Below are positions 11,677 through 23,281 of a DNA stretch of 41,783 nucleotides, in pieces (the stretch's first letter is position 1; each line of letters opens with the position of its first letter). The notes under the pieces are model-generated. The model saw only the letters and a program-made list of their open reading frames with translations. It searched no databases and had not been told where the DNA came from. The translations under genes were made by a program, and so were the position numbers. Source of the DNA: Bigelowiella natans CCMP2755 (taxonomy: Eukaryota > Protista > Cercozoa); NCBI GenBank assembly GCA_000320545.1, contig ADNK01000056.1, positions 1 through 41,783 on the forward strand. Direction: 5' to 3'.

Positions 11677-13227
11677 ATGCGCGTTTCTGTTGCTGCTACG
11701 GCCTGCCTTGGTAAATAAGAGGGTTCTATTTTCCCCAAATTAATGAATATTGCTTCTCGATAGAATTTTTTAACGGTTTTTCCTGATTATCTTAGTCGCC
11801 ACCGCTTTCGTCACGGTGTTGATCTCTTTCCGCACATCGTCAACACTCTCGTTAGCTGCAACTTCAGGTAATCGATTCGTCTAAAAATGACATAAGATGG
11901 CGTATGTAGTGCATGTAGCATCACATGTATACACATAAATAAATTTTAGGAAGGGTTTCCCGTTCGGCACGCCTCTCCGTTCCTGTCAACAGGGTATGCT
12001 TTTGGTTGTGCTTTTTCCTGGATGAATCCCTGCTTCCTAGCTACTCACGTCGCACAGATAATCAGCATAGATTAAGCGTTTTCTTTCATACATCCTTCTC
12101 AGATTTTTTCGCCAGCAGGGCGATCTTCTTTCCTTCCATCGCCTCCACGAGCTGCTTGTGACGACGGAGCTTACCTTTCCGCCGAGAGCAAAGCCGAGTT
12201 GAAGCGCGTTGCGGACTTGATCGCCACACCTGGAAAGGGTATCACAGCTTGTGATGAAGGGCCAGGCACAATCGGCATGCGCTTCGAGGCTGTTGGAGTC
12301 ACTAACACCGAGGAGAATCGCCGAAAATACCGCCAGATGCTGTTTGAAACGCCAGGTGCAGCAGACTACCTCTCTGCAGCCATTCTCGACCCTGAAACGC
12401 TTCACCAGAAGTCCGATACTTCCGGAAAGCTGTTCCCAGAGGCGCTCAAGGACATGGGAGTCATGCCAGGTGTTAAACCGCACCTAAAAGTGTACACCCT
12501 TCCTGGTACTGGAGGAGAAACTGTAATGCAGGGCCTTGACTCTCTTGCCGACCGTCTACGGGAGTATAAGGCGGCTGGCGCTGTCTTTGCAAAATGGCGG
12601 TCACCGCTTGTAATTGGGGAGGGACAGCCATCTGATCTTGCCATTCAAGCGAATATGAATGACCTGGCACGCTACGCACTTATTTGCCAGGATGAGGGAT
12701 TGGTCCCTATTGTGGAGCCCGATGTCTCCCTCAAGGGAGATCACGACCTTCAGACTGCCATGGTGGCTAATGTCCGCATTCAGTCCGCTCTTTACAAGGC
12801 CATGCTGGATCACGGCGTCTATATGGAGGGTACAATCCTTAAAGTCAACATGGTGAATCCTGGAAAGTCCTGTCCCAAGCCGTACAGTGTGGAGGACATT
12901 GCCGAGGCGAACGTCCACGTGTTGCGTCAGTGTATGCCTGTCTCAATCCCTGGTGTGAACTACCTTTCAGGCGGCCAAAATCTCGAAGATGCCGCAGCAC
13001 GCCTCTCCATCATCAATAAACTTAAAAAGAACTGCCCATGGAACCTCTCCTTTTCATGGAGCGCAGCCCTCCAAATGCCTCTCTTCGAGCTATGTCGTGG
13101 TAAATCGGAGATCCCACTCTCAGAGATGAGTGATCTCTATGCAAAGGAGCTCAAGATCGCCGCCGACGCCGCGAATGGGGTACACACCCCGAGCGGAACG
13201 GACGGTGCGCACGTGCCACCGAGCTAA
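11677..13227 (+). CDS. FBA: Class I fructose-bisphosphate aldolase with bipartite (signal + transit) presequence
   Basis: Exons 11677-11710, 11796-11867, 11950-11993 and 12103-13227 join in frame: MRVSVAATACLVATAFVTVLISFRTSSTLSLAATSGRVSRSARLSVPVNRIFSPAGRSSFLPSPPRAAC... Motifs are GKGITACDE, FAKWR, PIVEPD, EGTILKVNMV (Schiff-base Lys) and LSGGQ. Confidence 0.95.
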
Positions 13228-13339
13228 TTCAGCAACCTGTTGCTGCAGTTTTCATGCTCGCGTGAATGGTCAAGCAGCGAACGAAGGACGCTAAGAAAAA
13301 ATGGTGCTATCAGTAGCAATTGCGGCTGTATGATTCGCT

Positions 13340-13462
13340 AACATGAAGCACATAATCATCGAAACAAACATTATCTTAGCGCTGTCGCATCGCCGCTCTG
13401 CACTGCTACATTGGGATGACTGTTGGAAAAATGTTAATGTTTCGCTACATCCGTCTCACACA
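13340..13462 (+). mobile_element. Third, ~120-bp 3' fragment of the same LINE-like family
   Basis: Aligns to 3802-3923: CATGAAGCACAT...TTAGCGCTG...GCACTGCTACATTGGGATGACTGTTGGAAAAAT...CATCCGTCTCACACA. Confidence 0.7.
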
Positions 13463-13941
13463 GTTGCTGCTTGTGCATGCCATGTTTTTGTCACATTGCA
13501 AATATGAATGCATGAAATCATTATGCCCAACGCGCAAAATCACAATGACTATATAAGACTGCATGCACTCCTACGCTATATGTGTTGCCGTTATGAACTA
13601 CAGCAGGAATTAGAACATGCACGCACAGTGCATGAAAAGTGTAACTCTACTAGATATCACTTGCATGGTTGTGACTTTATGCCTGCTTGCAGTCAGTTTA
13701 ATCGCAGTGCCCATGTACAATGCACACAACGCATGCACATCTATGGCATAGCTGCCGCTACTATAGACCTAGCACATATGTGTAGCAAGCTTTCGCGCCT
13801 ATCACGACAAAATTCACAAATCGAAATACAAGCCTGCAACCATTGATATTCTACAGGAAAATTCGCACAGAAACCACACATCGTGTGACTACAATATCTA
13901 GCTACAGTTGGCTGTGTTCGGATACCGGAGCGATCGATAAA

Positions 13942-15054
13942 TTAAGATAATCTTTCTTCTGTTTGGTACCTACAGGATAAATGAGCGAGATTATTATGTT
14001 TACACCGGAGGCAGTGTGAAACTTATACCTTCTTCCACCAAGTGTAAAGTTCTTCACCCCGGAGCTATGATATACTTCCACATTACTTATTTTGGGACCT
14101 TTCTTCACCTTGCCACTTAATTTCTACACAAAAGCACATGCAAATTGAAATCAAATGAATCTAGATCGGTAGTACAGAAGCTTGTGGTGAAGTAACGCAC
14201 CATGAAGCCTGCAGTAGCCTCCTTGTACTCTTTAAGACATATCAGGCCATCTTGATTAAGGTCGGTCAGGCTTGCGATGAAGTTGGCCGTCATTTCATCC
14301 ACTTCTCCCGTCGAACCCTGCATGATGATTGAAGGAGACTAAACATTTTCAACGTAGCAGCTAATCGATGCGAATTGATTTCTATCAATGCGAAATGATT
14401 TCTCTCCTTTCTCCTCCTTAGAATTTTCTTTTATACCTTAAGATACTTCTCGTAATCCTTAACAGGCAGCTTGCCATCTGAATTGAGGTTGAAACGATTG
14501 AATTCGCATACGAGAGTTTCGCCAAACGTTTTGCATTCCTTCAGTCCCTAAATAGTTAAAATGATGAAATTTCTGTGTAGACGTGAACATTTGATCGGGA
14601 ACGTAGAAACACGTGCATGTGCGATACTGTAGAGCGTTATGCTGGACCTCCTTTTCGTCGCTTTCGCTCTTCTCAAAGCAAGCCTTGCACACGCCATAGT
14701 TTTTCTTACAGTCCAAGTAGACAGCTCCCTCGATTTCATCCTTTTTGCATAGGTCGCACGTAAATGCACAATGGAATGTTGCGCCAAGAATTTGGCGGAT
14801 CTCTTCGTCCTCGCTCGGCATCCACTCGTCCTTGGAGGAATTATGTACAGCCCTGCCGAGAGGTAACTGCTTGTACTCCACGACGTTTTTTTTAAATACT
14901 TGAGAATTTTCGGGGGAAACATAGGAGAATTCAAGCCGACGACATCCTAATTGTAAGCAACTCTGAACTAATCAGCAAGCTTTCCCCGGTTCTCAGTCAT
15001 GACAGAGGATGAAATTCGCCTATGTTCTTACCCAAGACGAGGACGAGACTCCAT
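13942..15054 (-). CDS. Protein with ZZ-like zinc finger and EF-hand
   Basis: FTCDLCKKDEIEGAVYLDCKKNYGVCKACFEK is ZZ-like, and DLNQDGLICLKE is an EF-hand loop. The 5' exon and exact boundaries are uncertain. Confidence 0.6.
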
Positions 15055-15320
15055 TCCGAAGGGGGCGTGCTCCTACATCTTATCGTGTTATTCGTTCGAA
15101 GGATCAACCGGCAGTCATCTGAAGGTGTTGCAGCTGCTTCTTAGAGCGATAAAATGACACGAACCAATCGGGGCAGAATGAATGGTGTGGGTATATAGAT
15201 GGATCGTGCTATTTGCAACGTGCACATGCATGTGTACATCGATCTGACAATCCGTCAAACTTCACTGTGTAAACATGTTCTCCTCATATCTGGCGTAACT
15301 CGCATGATTTTCGTCCACAG

Positions 15321-16287
15321 ATGGGGAAAACATCCGTACGGAAGTTGCGCCTCCTTTGCATGTAAGAATATCTCAGAAACCTTGCACTAACTCTTGAATG
15401 CATACCACATTGTGGCAAGGAACTGACTATTTCAATGTAATCACATCGAAAGGCATGGGTACATGATGACAGCTACAAAAATGCAGTCGTACATAGCTCC
15501 CCTCGCAGATCACTGTGCTGAAATAGCCACCTTTGAGTGTCTAGACGGATTCCACATTGCAGATCAGGCAGAGAGGTAAATATGGCGTTTGATTCTTTAT
15601 TCATGATAAAAAAATCCCCTATTTATCTGATTTTACATTTACTGTCGTTATGGTTATTATTGCAGAGAGCACAGCCCTGGAGAAACGAGAGGCCGAGCTT
15701 GGTGGAATGCAAAATCAGACTTAAAGAGTAGTACACCATCCTATGTCGGCGCGGAAGAAACATTCACCAACCTCGAGAAGATTATCAACGAGAGTGGGCC
15801 GTGGGATGGGTTACTAGGCTATTCTCAAGGAGCAGCAGCAGCAGCTGTTCTCTGTGCAAGAATGTAGCTACGAATCTAGATTTGAATTACTCCCGAGAAT
15901 CTCCTGAAGTATTCTATTTTGTAACAACAGGAAAATCGACGTAGCAATTCTTATTGGCGGTTTTGTAGTGCGAGACCAATCTTTATTGAAATGCCTCGAG
16001 GTATGATTACAATTTAGATATTTACCTACCTCTTCTCGAAGGGTAATCTTTATTTCATATTTTCAAAGGAAAAATCCCCGTTAGAAACGAATGCTCTAAT
16101 AGTGTACGGAAACAATGATGAAATTGTGCCACCCGAGAGGGCAGTTAGAATGATCAAATACTTCAAAGAGCCAGAAATATATTCGTACGAAGGCGGCCAT
16201 AAAATTCCAAGTAAGATGTCCGGGTTTCAAAAAACGATCCATTCCTATCTTCAACAAACCCTGAAAAGACGCCTTAATTCCAAATGA
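15321..16287 (+). CDS. FSH1/OVCA2-family serine hydrolase
   Basis: Five exons give MGKTSVRKLRLLCMHGY...RAWW...GPWDGLLGYSQGA...IVYGNNDEIVP...YEGGHKIP. The nucleophile GxSQG and the Asp and His of the triad are present. Confidence 0.9.
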
Positions 16288-17292
16288 TTTTGAACAAACT
16301 TGCAACAGCTCGTAGTAGCTCTTGCCGGAACAAACTCAAAAAGGGAAACTGTCAAAATGGAGAATGCATGTTCAACGTTTGCAAATGTGTAGCCGCACCT
16401 AAAGTCATTTTTGCGCAGCATCAATTTTTCCTAACTCACGCAAGCAATGTCTTCGATCTGGTGCAGCGGGTCCCATCCCACCATGACCCATGTGCACGGA
16501 TGTCAGTGCATTGTTCAAATTGTGCGCTGCACAAAAAGAAAATTTTTGTGCCAAAACTTGCTGACAAGTTGATTTGAGGGAGGACCCCAAACAAAACGTT
16601 CTGGAACTCATCAGAATCTTGTCATCCTGTGCGCACTCACGTGATTCCATTGCTGGCCTTGCATGTTTGATTGCGAATCCCTCGCACGCAGCTGCACGTT
16701 GTTCGTTGTTGCCCCGTGTGTCGTGCGTGTGATGCGCAGTGTGCGCGTTGTGTCCATTGTTGTCATCACTCTGATGTCTGTCGCAAGCACACTGCATGTG
16801 TGCTCAGTAGCAAGCCCAGCAGACATGGACACGATCTGCAATCATTGCAAGCTTGTGTGGTTCGTTTCCACACCTGTTGTGGACTCCTCCTCCACGGGTC
16901 AGACATTGCATCCAGGTGACTCCACTGTGCAGACAGCTTTCTCGATGGCTCTCTCGAGTTGCAGTCCTCTTGGGTGGCACAATGTCGTGCAATGGCAACG
17001 TTTCATTCCTGAGCATCAGGTTGACAGGGGCCAGGGGGACACACAGCACGGCATGCGCTCCACAACCGTCGCAATCGATCAGTGCGCTCTTTTTCCAGGA
17101 AGCCTCCTGTGGTGCCAACATTGTGCCGCGCTGCACTTCAAGTGAGAGTTTGATTTCAAGAGGGGAACAACAATGAACAATGAACAATGATGATGAACCA
17201 CATTTCCAAAACGTTGGAAGACATTTGCAGTGTGCGAAACGCATTGCCTCGAACTAGCTTCAGTGAGGACCAACTGGTGAACCAGCAGGGTT

Positions 17293-18290
17293 TCAAAATT
17301 GGCAATCTAGCCATTGTGGAACAACACAACTAGCAGCAATGTGGCGGCGATACAAAGCATCTACTCTGAGTAGAAAATTCCTGAAGGCTACATCTACACG
17401 ACGATCCACATTCGGGTCATCCGAGGGGGCACCCAGCAAAACTTCGGTTGAAAACGTTGCTGGGGTTGCAAGACGATCCGAAAGGTTCATCAGAGTTAGG
17501 ATGAATTCCTCCTATGACTTCCCACTTTCATTGTCGCACATCATCATTCACCGGCATACCATCTTTTTCCCACAGTGTGGAATGTTCCATTGCGACAAGA
17601 GATTCCACAGGAGATCGATCAAGTTTTTTCAAATTCGATTTTGAATTTTCTCAGCTCCCTGTGGAGGGGGGGGGCGGCTTTCAAAGTGAAAACATGACAA
17701 CCCTGAGATCTTGGATCATTTTCTCAGTGCTATTACTAAGTGTTTCCATTTTTGGAGTCGCCACATCTACAGCGAACACCGCGGCAAATCGTCTTAGTAA
17801 GAATGCTACGGGGAGGAGGGAAAGCGTTGGAGACGTTGGAGACTTGACGACGACCCTTTTGCAAATAGAATCGGTCTGATTCTTCCGAAAATCCTCTTCG
17901 TCATTACCCTCAGTTTTTGGTCCAAAATGTTACCCTTAGAAAAAAGATGCAGGCTGGCTGCTGCCCAAGCCGTTCGACCCATCTTCGAAGACAAGTCCCG
18001 GAATGTAACCCCCTTCTCCTCCCATAGAATTAGAGGATAAATTGGAACCATCTGAAGTGAAGCTTCATTTGATACCCGAGAAAATGATACTGTGCGTCAA
18101 TGGCAAAAAATTTATCATGTTTCTATGTACAATTCTCAGCGGAGATGACTTTTTGGCACGCATTGGAGCTGATCCTCCGGATTCCTTCTTCGAAAGATTT
18201 GTAAGACATGAGAATTTCATCGGAGGTAACAATGTTCAACCCGCACAATGGAAAGTGAAGCTCTCACATGATTTTACAGATTTCTAGTTC
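17293..18290 (-). CDS. Possible degraded or hypothetical gene
   Basis: Terminal exon-like EEFILTLMNLSDRLATP...VAFRNFLLRVDALYRRH follows an AG acceptor. Upstream exons do not join cleanly. Confidence 0.25.
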
Positions 18291-19085
18291 GTTCCTAGAA
18301 TTTATGTTTTCTTCTTTCTACAATAAGGAGGACCAAGCACTGCCCATTGGCCAAGCAACTTTGTTGACCAAACTGATTACAGCCAAAGGATAACGTATAG
18401 CAATCGAGCAAACTAGAATAACCATGATAGCATAGTTGAACAAATCGTTCATAAGCGTGGAAGAAATTGTGGGTGATCCCTGTAGTGTACGTATAGAATG
18501 ACACGTGCATCAAGCTAGCAAGATGAGCTGCCTATATTTCACGTAGCGCGTACGATACAAAGGCTACTCGATGATGCGAATTATATTGCTGTTCATGCAC
18601 GCATGGCAACAAACTTGAGCATACTCATGAAGTGCGACTGCTTCTGGCCAGTGTAGTACAAAACATGTTGTGAGTCCTTCGTCAGCTACATTCGCTATGA
18701 CATATGCCATTTATTACAGAAGTTACATAAGCAAATGGCAAGCTAAAATGCAAAATTACGGCTTGCTTGGGATTGATTAACGAAGCGCGATAGCTAGATC
18801 TGTGAACGCGGAGAATATATTGCTAACTGTAGACACCCATAGTACTATTATAGCATTTTCACGTGTATGTGGTCTAAACATGGCACATACAATAACAGCA
18901 ATACTTGTATAATCTCTTCAGTATGCCCTATCACAAATATATTTATTCCTCACGCCGTCCTTCAACAAAAGTTCTACCATTCCACATGTCAGTCTGAAAT
19001 GAAAGTATTGTAGTAGATAAATTTTTTAAGCACATATTAAACTTACCAGATTGGACTTCAAATTCCAACTAGTCGCTGTATTATG

Positions 19086-19301
19086 TTAAATCTCGCGCTC
19101 TCTTTTCACAACTACCTTCTCCTCTGGAGCTCTCATGAACACCACCACACGGGTAAGATCGTTACCCGAGCGGGCTATGCGCAGATCATCGTCGATATAT
19201 GTAACCAACGTCGCAGGCTGAGCAAAGAAGGCAGAATGAGAGTTGGGAGTACGAGTTGAACTTTTTTGTCACCGTTTTGGACTAAACTTCGAAATTAGCA
19301 A

Positions 19302-19345
<44 letters not shown>

Positions 19346-20282
19346 CTATACATAAGCATGCACGCTTAAAAGTATTCGAAAGCGTACAAATGTATGAGGA
19401 AAAAACCTGAGGAGCGTCTGGGGCGCGTGGGCGTGATTTGATAACGTTCTGTATATATTTGTCTGGCGGGAGGGGAATACCCAGAATTCGCGTAATTTTT
19501 TGTGCCACTTGTTGTGGGAATATATCCAGCTTCGAAGCAGCGTCAGCTGCAGCTGCGGCGTCAGCAGACAATGGTTCAAATTGCGCATCAACTTGTACCT
19601 CTGCTGAGAACAAATTAAGTTTGTGGGTAATGAGCGCAAGGCGATAATCAACCCCCCTGGATACGTTTATCCTGTTGAATACTGGACCTAATTGTACCCC
19701 AAACGGTGTCAGCGATTCCAGCTTTCGTATTTCATCTTGCTTCGAGAATATAAGCTGCCATGTCCCATCGAGCACCCGCAGAATCGATGCCTGTTCCTCT
19801 TTCATTTGATTGTCACGCATAGACTCTAGGACTTCTATGGCCCTGTCGATATTGCTCGTGAGATACGGTTCTAAGTTAGCGTCTGTCACAGGAGGTGGTC
19901 CGTATGAGCCGTACACGTCCTTCTTTGCTTGGCGAGCAGCTTCGATCGCATTGATTAGGGCTACCTTGGCCATGTCCCGAGTCCTTCTCCTTTCCTTTGC
20001 AGCGTCCTCACTCCTTCCGATAGTCGACTCTATGGAACTATCAGTCTCCTCCCTAATTTTGCCTTCGTTCGGAAGTAGATCTGTCAGCCAGGAAGGGGGC
20101 CGAATGCTCGTTGGAGCAGCACGACGATCAACAGAACGCAGCTTTCGCCTTCTTGACATTTTATTGGTAAAAGAGCGAGAGCTTGTAATCGACCTAGTTC
20201 TAAGCGTAGACTTGGAGTAGCATTGGGCAAAGAGAGCCGTGAGCAAGAGAAATTTCAAGCAGAAATGCGGAAGCGGATGCAT
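19086..20282 (-). CDS. Plastid lipid-associated PAP/fibrillin-family protein with bipartite presequence
   Basis: Signal peptide MHPLPHFCLKFLLLTALFAQCYS is followed by an S/R/T-rich transit region and LDGTWQLIFS. The second exon from 19217 reads PATLVTYIDDDLRIARSG (fibrillin C-terminal motif). Confidence 0.85.
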
Positions 20283-20753
20283 GCGTTCTTCCGATGCAGC
20301 TGCGGCCAGACCACGTGTCCACTTTGCAATTCTGTGGCTTTGCGTCCGAAAAAATAAATCTAAGGAATATTTTAGATATTTTAGGTTCTGTTAAATTTAC
20401 TAAAATACGATCCGAAGGTGGTCTGCCGGTCAAAGACAGACTGCAGTTTTTATCTTCGTTTCTTGTGAACATTAGCCCCCACATAACCAATCATTTTCGA
20501 CTTGCGATGCAACCATTCAGGATACATGCATTCCCGAAGCTCGATCCGTTTGACAAGAATGTTAGGGTTTGTAACAGTACAATAACTACGAAGTGTGCAC
20601 CATTCAGCATGCGACTCACTCAAACCTTCAGTGCAAACAGCAAACGGGTTGTCAACTTATTACCCCTCACATACCGAAAATAACCATAAATAATCAGCAG
20701 AATCAGCAGGAGGAGGAGGTATAACAGGAGAATTCTGCAGGACGGGACGAAAC

Positions 20754-21976
20754 ATGAGAGAGGGGTGGAGGAGGAGGTGGACGGGTGGGGCTGGCTCCCT
20801 TGGAATAACATCCTTTCTCTTCGCCTTGGGGCTTGTCATTTGCTGGTAAAGTAAACTTTATTCTCCATCACCTTGATTGACTTCTTATTCTGTGCCGCCG
20901 GTCTAACCCCACCACTTTACAGCAAGCCCTTGCGTCCCCTCCTTAAGGAGCACCAAATAGATCCAGAGATTGGCCGGATCAAGGCGAGGAGCCTGCAAAG
21001 TTAGTCACAAATACTGAAATTAGTAATCCTCATTAAATATACAACGAGAGCATCTCCCTTACCCCCCCTCCCCCCCCCCCCCCCCCCAAATCCTCAACCA
21101 TGCTGTTCTTCAGGAGCACGAATAAAGAGACTGGCAAAAGAAAATATGGAACTCAGAACGATAAGTGACGTCGCCACGGTTAGTTTCCGTGCGAACACGT
21201 AGTACTGGTGAATATGTTGTACATCTCTCCCTCTCTCTCTCTACTCTGCTCTGTTCTCTCTACTTGCGGAAGTTTTCAGCTTTTGATGACATGTGTTTAC
21301 AGTACGTTCTTGACGGGATGACAGAGGGATGCCTAGCTACTTTGTTCGAGAAGATCGATCAGGTAATTAATACTTTTTTACTTTTTGAGTAAGCAGCTAG
21401 TTGCTGATGCTGTAGCGGCAAAGGCATAGCAAAGGGAAAGAGATCATCGATGACCATTGTTCAAAACAGGAAGCCAAGGCGAGGCAACACCATCTACTAG
21501 GCCCACAGGTGGTGCTAATCATAAAATGAGGGGGGGGGGGAGGGACTTCATTAGAATTCACAATATGTCACCTGATACTTTTGCAACATCTGTTTTTGTC
21601 TACGTACCGTGTGCTGTAGTGAGAAACGTATAAGCTTATCAGTATAGAGTCAACCTCAGCAACGCTTAACAGAACATATGATGCTAATGATGACAATCGA
21701 TATAAGATGACAAAACCACAATTTCTCCTCTCAACGCTCCTGCCTTTCCCAATATAGCACCTGAAGCATTGCCTTCAGAGTCTCCCTGCGATGGAGCGGA
21801 TACTTGGCAAGATCGTGCAAGACGCCCCTCCCATCGATATGAAGCTTACTCCAAGGAGCAGCAAGAAAAAGGAACAGAAACGTGCGACAGCTGAGAAAAG
21901 TAGTAAGGATACTGGTAAGGAGGATAGCGGCATGGACTTTTCAGATGACTGTGCAAGCGATGTGTCATCCATTTGA
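20754..21976 (+). CDS. Hypothetical protein with N-terminal hydrophobic segment
   Basis: Six GT-AG exons join in frame from MREGWRRRWTGGAGSLGITSFLFALGLVIC to ...DDCASDVSSI*. No domain recognised. Confidence 0.55.
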
Positions 21977-22850
21977 TAGCGATCGCGCAATTCCTTTGAG
22001 TAATGAAGAGCGGATATGTTGGGAACATTTACGCTTAGTGAATAGGCACCATAGGTAGACGCTTCAATTCAGTACGGTGTGATCTATGCGATACGAAAGT
22101 TCCGAGCATTGCGTATGCCGAACAAGCAACGGCACGACTACAATAAATCGAACGCAATGGTGCTGTTTGTAATACTGTACGTGGCTGCGCTTGTCCTACT
22201 ATCTACATTGTACGATGCGACTACTAGCTGATGTCGGCCGCGCGGTCTGCGCAAATTACCAAGCCTGCGCACGAAAGCGCTTCATAGCAGTAGCGATCGA
22301 GATAATTGCATGATGAGCGAGCACTACTCAAACACTTTCGCCAAGCGAAACATGCATGTATATGTAACGATAACCGCATCTGTTTCATCACATGCGGCGC
22401 GCCGCGCAGTCTAGCAGTTTAGAGGTACATTTGCTCCAGACTGAGTTCGATGAGCGCCAGCTCGTAATCTTTTTTAGTGGAGGCTAAACTTCTCTGGTAA
22501 ATCATCTAAAAAAACGTCGATATCGTCCGAATAAACGTCCTATTCTAGTGAACGTACCATATCATAATGTCGTCGTTTAGAAACCAGCGTAAGACATTAT
22601 CGTGTCATTTGTCCGCAGACTCAGCGTGGAAAATGGAAACTGAGGCGGCGTTAATTTTGAATGCTCGCATACTTTGCATCATCTTCATCACGAATTGGAA
22701 CAAAAAAAGCGGCAGAATTTATCCGCCTTTGATACCTGGATACACGTTCGCACATTTAATTGTATCAAGACATAGTATGGCAAGTGAATGTGTTTACATG
22801 AACTCTGAGAGTCGGTACGGGTATCTGTATGGTTATTACGTATTACATGG

Positions 22851-23250
22851 TCACCGTATTATCATCTGTTTGTGGTAGTACCAGTAACAGGATTTGCACC
22901 AATAGCAAATTGGAAGCGTCACCAAAATGACAGCTCCAAGCACGACTCCAATCACTAAACCTAGATTACAGAACAAACTCAATTATCGCATCTCGCCATA
23001 CCATAAATGGGAAATATCGCCAAAATATCATGAATGATGTACCCAAAAAATCCTGATTGGTTAGCCCAAAACGACTGTGCGACTTGTTGTCTTTCTTACT
23101 GCCACTTTGCGATGGCGTGACCGTAGGAGAACTTGTCATAGCTGACGGCAAGGTTGGGGTTGGTGTTGGTTGTGCTATAGGAGATTTGGTAACAGAGACC
23201 GTCTCAACCTTAATGACTGTGAAGCCAATAGTCTGATCGTGATTACAACA

Positions 23251-23281
<31 letters not shown>

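Noticed and set aside
12037-12918. Antisense and alternative-frame ORFs over FBA (also over ACP and fibrillin)
   Set aside because: Shadow ORFs produced by codon bias of the real gene.
16284-17273. Multiple overlapping Cys/His-rich ORFs on both strands as real genes
   Set aside because: Explained by the loss of TAA/TAG stops in a TA-free tract. No domain or splice structure supports them.
17694-17879. Signal-peptide-like plus-strand ORF MTTLRSWIIFSVLLLSV
   Set aside because: Short, with no downstream exon support, and it overlaps a possible minus-strand gene.
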